From assembly GCA_963666315.2 (NCBI GenBank), contig CAXXHG010000024.1, positions 64,001-128,000 of the forward strand: DNA of 64,000 nt. Reading direction: 5' to 3'. Below are positions 58,174 to 64,000 of the stretch, piece after piece (position 1 is the first letter of the stretch; every line of letters begins with the position of its first letter). The notes beneath the pieces are model-generated. The model saw only the letters and a program-made list of their open reading frames with translations. It made no database searches and was not told where the DNA came from. This stretch comes from Candidatus Binatia bacterium. Lineage in GTDB: Bacteria; Desulfobacterota; Binatia; Bin18. The translations under genes were made by a program, and so were the position numbers.

Positions 58174-58508
58174 CCTCATTCAGCATTGCTCTACATAATC
58201 GCCCGCTCAAAACCACAGCATAGATAAAATGGCTATTTAGGAGGGGAATTCCCCATCTTTCCTTGACCCGAAACGAGAGAGTTCCTATTCTGCAGTAATA
58301 GAGAGGTCAGACACTCGCTCTTGCCCCGATCCGGTCTTTATCTCTCAAATACGCGGATGTGGGAACTAAGTCCCGCGGACGTCGGGACTGCAGTACGCAG
58401 GACGGGTGAATGAGGGTAATATATTGAAGCGCCGTATCCCAAAAATCATGAAGAGTGCGTGGAAAATCACGAAGAATACATGCAGAATAATAAGTGAGGG
58501 GGGACACG

Positions 58509-59237
58509 ATGGCGAGCCAGAATCTGAGTAGAGGAGCGACAAAAAAACGACAAGGCCAAGGGGAAGAGGAGAAGGAGGAGATACCGGAGAAAATCTCGAT
58601 CGCCCTTGTCGACGATCACCCCATTTTCCTATCCGGCTTACAACAGCTCATTAAAAAGCAGCCGGACTTTGAATTAATAGGCGTTGCGGAAAGCATTGAG
58701 GGCCTGGAGAACCTGCTTGAGCAGGCAAAACCACAGGTCATCCTCATGGATGTCGAGTTGCCTGAAGGGGATGGGATCAGTGCGACGGCTTTTGTCCGCA
58801 AAAAGTCTCCGGAGACAAAAGTGGTGATACTGACCGGCTTTGATAACCCAGACCTCATTTTCCGTGCGCTGAAGGTCGGGGCGGTGGGTTATTTGCTCAA
58901 AAATACGCGTTCAAAAGAAATTCTTGATACACTCAGAAAAGTCGCGGCTGGGGAGGTTTTTCTGAACCCGAATTTAGCCAGCGAATTTTTGCGCGAGTTT
59001 CAGCGCGACCAAGAGGTCGAAGAACTGCGTCGACTGGTGCAAACACTGACAAGGCGAGAGGAAGAAGTCTTGCGACTTGTCGCAACCGGCGCCTCGAATA
59101 AAGAAATCAGCCAACAGCTCTTTATCAGTGAACTGACCGTCAAAATGCACCTTGCAAGTATCTTTCGGAAATTGCAGGTGAACGATCGAACCAAAGCCGC
59201 GATTTTGGCCCTCAAAGCAGGTTTGGGAGAAGCATGA
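58509..59237 (+). CDS. NarL/LuxR-family response regulator
   Basis: LVDDHP, LMDVELP, GAVGYLLK, LTRREEEVL...GASNKEI..LFISELTVK.H motifs. Confidence 0.95.
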   Translation: MASQNLSRGATKKRQGQGEEEKEEIPEKISIALVDDHPIFLSGLQQLIKKQPDFELIGVAESIEGLENLLEQAKPQVILMDVELPEGDGISATAFVRKKSPETKVVILTGFDNPDLIFRALKVGAVGYLLKNTRSKEILDTLRKVAAGEVFLNPNLASEFLREFQRDQEVEELRRLVQTLTRREEEVLRLVATGASNKEISQQLFISELTVKMHLASIFRKLQVNDRTKAAILALKAGLGEA

Positions 59238-60694
59238 AGCGTGTGGTAGGGGCCGCCGGCCTGTGGGCCTTCCTCATCCTCTGTAATTCGGATGCAGGAG
59301 CGCTCTCTCCCCGTGAGATGAGGGTGCATGACGTCCTCGCTGAATGTCATGCCGCGTATCTGCGACTCGTCGACTATCAGGGGACGTTACGTCATGAGGT
59401 GTGGGAGGAAGGGGCCATAGCGCGCCATGACATCAGCGTCACGTTTCGTAAGCCGTCCTTTTTACACCTGCGTTGGCAAACTGGTCTGCATGCCGGAACG
59501 ATCCTGCTCGAGCGCCCCACACGCGTCCCAGGACCGATCTTGATCAGGTTAGGCGGCTGGTTTGAGTATATCACGGTGCATATCTCGCCGACGGAGATCA
59601 GCGGCCTCTTTGCGCCTGCTTTGAAGGACGTGAACAAGTGGTTGTATGCGTTGCAGTACTTAGCGCAGCGGCCAGCCGCAGATCGCAGCTTGCAGCTGGT
59701 TGAACTGCATCCCGGAGATCCTCAGTTGGCCGAAGGGCGTGTCATTCTTTCGGTTCCCTCATTTCTTATCCCGCTATGGATTCGAGATGACACGGTGGAC
59801 AGGTATGAATTCGTCATAGAACGGGGAACCGGGATTCCCTTTGAAATGGTGCTGCGCGGCGCGTCGGGTGAGGTCCGGCAACGGCTGACCTATATGGATC
59901 TGCAGGTCAATATCGGTATTCCGCAGCAAACATTTGCGCGTGCCTATGACACTGTAGCGGGGAGCAATCTCCCCCGAACCGGCACGGACCTGGATGTGCG
60001 AGGTTTTACTCAGAGTTGGCAGCGACGCTCTGGCGAAATACGGGACTATACGGGCGTCTGGGTCACCGAGACGCGTCAAGGCAACCAACTCGTGCGTCGG
60101 CAAGCGGCTTTTAAATTTCGGAAGCCTTTTGATGTCTATATGATCTGGGATGGGGAGAGTGGTGAGCTACGGGAAACCCTCTTCCGTCAGGGCTGGAATG
60201 GGGACCGGGTGCGGGTGCGGGCGTCGCTGTTCGGTCTTGCGGTGATCGGCGACCTTGCCCCAGATGGGTACTGGGTGCAACGGGAATCTCATTTCTCAGT
60301 CAAAGAATTTGGATTTGAGCGGATCGTTGAGCGCTTGCAGATCCAACAGGGATGGCTGCAGGGAGAACTGGAAATACAGTTTCGTGGCATCGAGAGGTAT
60401 GATGGCCGCCCGTGTTATGTGCTTGAATACATCTTTCCCAACAGCCAATGGCGTGCGCATGCGTACAGCCGCGTTGTTGTCCATTGGGACATCGTCCACC
60501 GCGTCCCGGTCAGACAAGAGGCGTATGACTGGAGTAATCAGCTCGATGTACGCTATGGATTCCAGGATTTGCGGTTTAATGCATCGCTCGATGATAGAGA
60601 CTTTGACGCGGCAAACCCGGAGTACGGATTCCTCTTGTTCCGCTTGTTCCGCTCTATGCCGTGGCTCGATTGGTTCCTGACGGGACGTGAGTGA
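59234..60694 (+). CDS. Periplasmic protein with two LolA-like/DUF1571-like domains
   Basis: Signal peptide; DY.G...FRKP...W occurs twice; Y.DL..N...F closes both halves. Confidence 0.65.
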   Translation: MKRVVGAAGLWAFLILCNSDAGALSPREMRVHDVLAECHAAYLRLVDYQGTLRHEVWEEGAIARHDISVTFRKPSFLHLRWQTGLHAGTILLERPTRVPGPILIRLGGWFEYITVHISPTEISGLFAPALKDVNKWLYALQYLAQRPAADRSLQLVELHPGDPQLAEGRVILSVPSFLIPLWIRDDTVDRYEFVIERGTGIPFEMVLRGASGEVRQRLTYMDLQVNIGIPQQTFARAYDTVAGSNLPRTGTDLDVRGFTQSWQRRSGEIRDYTGVWVTETRQGNQLVRRQAAFKFRKPFDVYMIWDGESGELRETLFRQGWNGDRVRVRASLFGLAVIGDLAPDGYWVQRESHFSVKEFGFERIVERLQIQQGWLQGELEIQFRGIERYDGRPCYVLEYIFPNSQWRAHAYSRVVVHWDIVHRVPVRQEAYDWSNQLDVRYGFQDLRFNASLDDRDFDAANPEYGFLLFRLFRSMPWLDWFLTGRE

Positions 60695-62196
60695 TGGGCG
60701 AGGAGGCGGCGCTGGGTACGCCAGAAGCCGGCGCTAGCTGGGGCGTGGTCGGCCTCCTTTTGGCTGCGGTTGGCTTGGTTGCCTTTAATCTGGGTTATCT
60801 TGACCTGTATAGTGCCTTTCTGCCGTTACTGTGTATCGGGGTGGTGTTGCGGGTGGAGGTTGGTCTCGACTGGTTCTTATCGCTCTTGCTGTTCGCTGTG
60901 ACGAGCACGCTCTTGTACACGGTGGGATTGTTCGCCCTGCCGCTTATCGTCGGCGGTCTGGTTGCGAGTATTCCTGTGGCCCTGCTGCTGCGACGCTGGG
61001 GGGTTGAGGCTATACCCCAAACCGTCCGGGATGATACCCGACCGATGCGGCGCGTACTTGAATTGGCCGGCCTGTTGCTGACAGCGTTATTTGCGCGGTA
61101 TATCGTCTACCGTTCAAGCGGTGGAAAAATTCCGATTCAGATAGGTGAATTTGAGGAGTTCGCGCGGTTTATGTTGAGTGAAGTGAGTGGCTGGATGGTC
61201 TTTGCCTTGGGCTATGGGGGGCAGCATCGCCGACGGTATGGATCGCTCTATACCAGTGGACTCGACTTTGCCAGCAGTTTTCCGACGATGGTGATAACCG
61301 GCCTCTTTTTAGTGACTCCGTACGTTGCCCTTATGACGCTTGGGGTGAACACGTTTGGGATTGCCGGCCTGTATTTGGGCGCGTTACCGGTCGGTGCCGC
61401 GCACGTGCTGATGCGCACGCTGACACTGCGTAGAAAAGAAATCGAGCGGCAAAATAGCCGTCTCCAACGCATGAATGTGGATATGGCCCATAACGAACGT
61501 ATGGTGGCGATCGGGCAGATGTCCTCGACCATTTCACATCAAATTTTGCAGAAAATTGGACTCCTCGGCCTGCAGTGCGATCTCCTGCGTGTCACTCTGG
61601 ATGAAGCCAGCTCGCCGACTACGGACGCGGGAGATGAGGCGCACGAGCGGCTGGAACAACTGGATGCCGCTATTACGGACTTGAATACCACCTTATCCGA
61701 TCTGCTCGTCTTTTCACGGGATTTTGCCGTCCACTTGGAGCGTGGATCTCTTGATGCCCTGTTGCAGGAAGCCATCCAGGAGGTCCGTCAGGCTGCCCGG
61801 GCACGGAATATTGAGTTTTGCTATCAGTGTGAGGGTGAAGGCGAGGGACGCATACGGAGTATGTTATTTGATCGGATCAAGCTCAAGCAAGCGGTGTTAA
61901 ATCTCTTAACCAATGCGATAGAAGCGTCGCCTGATGCCGGGATGATTACAATTTTGGCTCAGCCTCTGGACGATCAGGTGCAGATTGCTATCCGCGATGA
62001 AGGGACAGGGATTCAAAGTGAGGTGCATGAGCAGATTTTCACGCCGTTCTTCACCACCAAAAAGACCGGATCGGGCTTGGGATTGGCCTTTGCCGAAAAA
62101 ATTGTCGAGCTTCACTATGGCACAGTCGTGGCCCGGAATAATCCGGATCAAGGGGCAACGTTCACCATCACACTGCCGCTGACAGCGAAGATGTGA
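60691..62196 (+). CDS. Multi-TM sensor histidine kinase
   Basis: ERMVAIGQM...SHQI H-box, QAVLNLLTNAIEA, DEGTGI, IFTPFFTTK and GSGLGL motifs. Confidence 0.92.
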   Translation: MMGEEAALGTPEAGASWGVVGLLLAAVGLVAFNLGYLDLYSAFLPLLCIGVVLRVEVGLDWFLSLLLFAVTSTLLYTVGLFALPLIVGGLVASIPVALLLRRWGVEAIPQTVRDDTRPMRRVLELAGLLLTALFARYIVYRSSGGKIPIQIGEFEEFARFMLSEVSGWMVFALGYGGQHRRRYGSLYTSGLDFASSFPTMVITGLFLVTPYVALMTLGVNTFGIAGLYLGALPVGAAHVLMRTLTLRRKEIERQNSRLQRMNVDMAHNERMVAIGQMSSTISHQILQKIGLLGLQCDLLRVTLDEASSPTTDAGDEAHERLEQLDAAITDLNTTLSDLLVFSRDFAVHLERGSLDALLQEAIQEVRQAARARNIEFCYQCEGEGEGRIRSMLFDRIKLKQAVLNLLTNAIEASPDAGMITILAQPLDDQVQIAIRDEGTGIQSEVHEQIFTPFFTTKKTGSGLGLAFAEKIVELHYGTVVARNNPDQGATFTITLPLTAKM

Positions 62197-62202
62197 GTGC
62201 GT

Positions 62203-62961
62203 ATGGCGGATTTGCAAGGAAAAGTCGCTCTGATTACGGGTGCGGGTCGGCGCATAGGGCGCGCCATAGCCCTGGCTTTAGCTCAGGCGGGGGCTGATAC
62301 GCTGCTGCATGTGCATACGTCGTCCGCAGAGGCGGTCCAAGGAGAAATTTCTCAACTCGGTCGGCGGGCGTGGATCGTGCGTGCGGATTTGTCACAACCG
62401 GAGGCTGTGCGTCGCTTGGCCTGTGAAGCTCGGGAAGCAGCGGGCCGGATAGATATTTTGGTCAATAATGCTGCCGTCTTTTTCTCAACCCCAGTTTCTA
62501 CACTGCGGTGCGCCGACTGGGAGCGCACCCTGCGTACGAACCTGTCCGCTCCGTTCCTCTTGTCCTTGTTAGTGGGCAGACATATGTACCGACAAGGCCG
62601 TGGAAAAATTATCTTTTTGGGAGATTGGAGTGGACAACGGCCCAGCCTAGAGTTTCTCGCTTATTGTGTCTCTAAGTCCGGTATACATGCCCTCACACCG
62701 GCCCTGGCGAAGGCATTTGCTCCGCACGTTCAGGTGAATGAGATCGCACCCGGACCGGTGCTGGTGCCTGAAGAGTATGCAGCCAGGCAGCGTACACGCA
62801 TGCGCAAGAACACGCCGCTGCAGCGGTTTGGTGATCCGCAGGATGTCGCCCGAGTCGTTCGTTTTCTGGCTGAATGCGGGGACTTTGTGACGGGGGCAAC
62901 CTACGGTGTGGATGGTGGCTGGTTGGCCAAAGGGGCGGGCGGAAGCGGGACGTCAGCATAG
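62203..62961 (+). CDS. SDR, pteridine reductase/FolM-like
   Basis: ITGAGRRIG, VNNAAVF, YCVSK, APHVQVNEIAPGPVL and VDGG motifs. Confidence 0.85.
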   Translation: MADLQGKVALITGAGRRIGRAIALALAQAGADTLLHVHTSSAEAVQGEISQLGRRAWIVRADLSQPEAVRRLACEAREAAGRIDILVNNAAVFFSTPVSTLRCADWERTLRTNLSAPFLLSLLVGRHMYRQGRGKIIFLGDWSGQRPSLEFLAYCVSKSGIHALTPALAKAFAPHVQVNEIAPGPVLVPEEYAARQRTRMRKNTPLQRFGDPQDVARVVRFLAECGDFVTGATYGVDGGWLAKGAGGSGTSA

Positions 62962-63704
62962 GTGTGTTGGCACGGAGCCCCCGGCGCGAATTGGTAGATA
63001 AAGCGACGCTGTGAGGCGGCATAGGCCAGCAGCGAAGAAGAGCAGGTGCCATACCCGTCAAGATGGACGCACAGTCCGTTGCGTGGATCAGTACTGCGCG
63101 GATCGAGTGGGGTGGCATGATCTGAGAGCAGGGTATGCAGTCTGTGGAAGAGTGCCGAAAGCGAAAAGGGCGTGTTGGTGAGTTGCCCCATTACATCTTG
63201 CACCTGCTGAAAGTGCTGAAAGGACTTGGCAATCCGCGGGCATTGGGGATCGTTGAGGTTGAGATTAGTGAGCAGGTGAACTCCGGGTTCTAGCTTTTGG
63301 ACATGGACTCTGTCTGCAACCGGATGGACGACGTATGCGTCGTCCGCATCCGCTATCAAGAGGTTGAACGGATTATACCGCGTGGCTCGTTCAGCCTGTA
63401 CAAAGTGGGCGGCCGCTTGCGCTGTTGTGTATCCCAAGGCGGCCAAACATAAGAGTCCGCGCGATCGGCGACGTGAATCCGGAGGCTCTGGGGTGTGACG
63501 GTTGAGCAGGCCGGCAACAAGCCCGGATTGGTTTATTCCGAGCCATGTTCCTCCGGCCAATACGTCTTTCCCGCCAAAAATCCAGGGGGCTTCTCGGAGT
63601 AAGAGCGGCGGTGTAGAAGGCCGGGTGAGGGACTCATCGCGGTTGGCCGCGATGACGAGGGGATAGTCGGGAAAAACCTGAAAATACAAAGCCAGCGTAC
63701 ACAT
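62901..63704 (-). CDS. NRDE/TANGO2-family protein
   Basis: MCTL...PLVIAANRDE...GGTWLGIN...SRG...YGTCSS. Confidence 0.92.
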   Translation of the reverse strand: MCTLALYFQVFPDYPLVIAANRDESLTRPSTPPLLLREAPWIFGGKDVLAGGTWLGINQSGLVAGLLNRHTPEPPDSRRRSRGLLCLAALGYTTAQAAAHFVQAERATRYNPFNLLIADADDAYVVHPVADRVHVQKLEPGVHLLTNLNLNDPQCPRIAKSFQHFQQVQDVMGQLTNTPFSLSALFHRLHTLLSDHATPLDPRSTDPRNGLCVHLDGYGTCSSSLLAYAASQRRFIYQFAPGAPCQHTYADVPLPPAPLANQPPSTP

Positions 63705-63825
63705 ATTGCGCGCGCAAGTATAGAATGGACGCAGCGGCGCGGCAAGGGGGAAAACCTGTCTTCGCGTTGAGTTTCCAGACCCCCTATGATAGTGTCTGCG
63801 CGCGCATATCTGCCGAGGAGGAAGA

Positions 63826-64000
63826 ATGTTCGAATCCGTCGATGATGTCATCTCAAAATTCTCAGAACAGAAATATATTTGTAATCGACAAATTGCGACC
63901 GTCGTGTATTTGGCCAGCCAATTGCGAAAACCCATACTGGTTGAGGGGCCGGCCGGGGTCGGCAAAACGGAGCTGGCGAAAGTTGTCGCTGGGGCCCTGG
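63826..64000 (+). CDS. MoxR/CoxD-like AAA+ ATPase (3' partial)
   Basis: Manual translation: MFESVDDV...KPILVEGPAGVGKTELAK; GAGGAGG RBS. Confidence 0.88.
   Translation, partial: MFESVDDVISKFSEQKYICNRQIATVVYLASQLRKPILVEGPAGVGKTELAKVVAGAL

Overview
Chromosomal window from a moderately GC-rich diderm bacterium (it encodes an OprB porin). Housekeeping content includes class II ribonucleotide reductase nrdJ with tandem NrdR boxes, a divergent dciA/DUF721 gene, gor, cobB, a ttuB-ttuA-trmI tRNA-modification operon, an RluA-family synthase and tRNA-Ser(UGA). Catabolic clusters include solA-DUF917-hydantoinase divergent from a coxMSL-like molybdo-hydroxylase, and a tungsten AOR operon ending in a TcuA-like flavoprotein. 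There are several toxin-antitoxin modules and many pseudogenised accessory genes. The most unusual items are: (1) a ~4.4 kb decayed integrative element in tRNA-Ser that duplicates the 5' half of the tRNA and appears to supply its promoter; (2) in that element, a secreted chimera joining a tail-fibre-like N-terminus to the FliG C-terminal torque domain; (3) two ~190 bp non-coding repeats, each with an antisense sigma70 promoter and palindromic operator, heading successive TA cassettes; (4) a porin signal peptide read from the antisense strand of a duplicated zinc-ribbon gene start; and (5) a perfect 16x10 bp tandem repeat in a divergent promoter region. All product calls come from motif recognition by eye; no database searches were run.
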